64,000 nucleotides of DNA from Camelus dromedarius. Taxonomy: Eukaryota. This document shows, one piece after another, positions 62,762 through 64,000 of this stretch. Position 1 is the first letter of the stretch; every line of letters starts with the position of its first letter. Position numbers and translations under genes: made by a program. The stretch is taken from the NCBI RefSeq assembly GCF_036321535.1, contig NC_087436.1, positions 9,548,001 to 9,612,000 on the forward strand, written 5' to 3'. Under the pieces are notes generated by a model that did not search any database, was not told the origin of the DNA, and saw nothing but the letters and a program-made list of their open reading frames with translations.

Positions 62762-64000
62762 GTGTGGAAATTCACTTCAGAGCATGAGATTCCCTTCTCT
62801 ATCGTCTGCTCATTGAATAAAAGCATGTCTTGTTTGCACCAAACTCAGCTTCAACACTGGCAGGACGAACCTGAGTGGGAAAGCGCTCCCTGACTGATCA
62901 GGAGGCTTTGGTTCAGCCAAGACCCCAGGAGGGTGACCTCGCATCTAATTCAGTAACACTTTTACAAACTTTTCAAAATAGCTTTGGAAGTGATATTGAA
63001 GTTATTTCTTTCACTTGAATTCCTCTTTGCCTTGTATGTTTAGAGTACGGATTGTTTCATTGGTCATTAAGTTCATTTCTTGTTTTCTAGTTGGCAACAA
63101 CTGCCAGTGGTTTCCAATCCCATGAAATTTCTGGAGCAACCACTATGCTTCAGTTATGACCTTCATTACCATTTACCATACACATGCAAATTTAAAAATG
63201 GGATATAACAAGTGACTGGGTGTGATTCACACAATGCAGTGGTGTGATTATTGTAAATATTACTTCTGGGTTCCCACACGCTCACAAGGACACAGGACTC
63301 CTTCTCATATTGACTCACACCGTTCCGTGCATCTTAGCTCTTTGACTGATGTCTTAACAAAGCTTGCTGGGAGCACGCACGTTATACATAAGGATGATGA
63401 GGGGAATGATAAGGAAGCAAAGAAAGACAAGGAAGAGGAAGGGCAGCTTTGAGTAACCCTTGGCCTTTGTTTTTCAGTTTTATTAGGTAGAATGATTACA
63501 GTTTGACTGCACACCCACATTATATTGCATTTAAATACATATACACAACATGATGCGCATATTTTTTTTAGTTTACGTATATGTACTGATTATTGTTTCT
63601 AATAAGAGATTAGAGCTTTAGCTTTTTAAACTTACATAGGTATCAAAGGAATAAAGCCAACCACAAAATAAGAATCAACAGAATGTGGTGATTCAATCCT
63701 AAAGGACAGTCGGATGTGCTTACACATATTCAAGAAATCCTTGTAGGTTCACTTAGATTGGAGAGCACATATGGCAACTTAGAGTTCTCTAGAAAAAAAA
63801 TGTGCCTAAGAATAGATGTTAAAATGTTAATGCTTTATTTGTGGATTATAAATCCAATGCAGTGGAAGTGAGGGGCAAAGGAAGCGAGGCCAGGAAGAAT
63901 GAAAATCCAAGAGATCTGATGCGTTACTTCTCTGGTTACTCTTTCACAAATGACTTTCCTGATGTGTGATAGGTGACTCTGCCTTGCATGCATTCAGTCT

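Noticed and set aside
63640..63680. miR-135-like sequence on the minus strand (ttggctttattcctttga)
   Set aside because: It has several differences from the mature miRNA and I see no complementary hairpin arm.
1..64000. Supplied ORFs (60-141 aa) as protein-coding genes
   Set aside because: None resembles a protein I recognise. The longest (46151-46829, 47317-47742, 11772-12134, 19047-19437, 40894-41253) lie within LTR, L1 or SINE sequence.

Overview
This is AT-rich mammalian genomic DNA, most likely camelid (alpaca/llama/camel): it has three tRNA-Ala-derived vic-1-type SINEs and artiodactyl-type L1 3' ends. I cannot support any protein-coding gene; the supplied ORFs are short and mostly lie in decayed repeats. 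Well over half of the window is transposable-element derived: old L1M/HAL1, L2, MIR, MLT1, LTR16-like, MER5A and MER58A elements, overlaid by younger L1 3' fragments, SINEs and about ten ERV1-type solo LTRs, many with readable target-site duplications (TSDs) and clear nesting. The window reads as intergenic or deep-intronic. I did not find a convincing new biological system. The most notable observations are: (i) three 'patchwork' scars of snap-back hairpins and short templated repeats; (ii) four LTRs nested in two L1 5' ends at 45.6-49.2 kb; (iii) an LTR with a 24-bp CCAAT tandem array; (iv) an excess of plus-strand L1/HAL1 5' ends lacking 3' ends; (v) a probably twin-primed L1 insertion; (vi) several candidate regulatory modules and exon-like segments in unique sequence. 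Repeat family names come from recalled consensus sequences, not a database search, and boundaries of old repeats are approximate.
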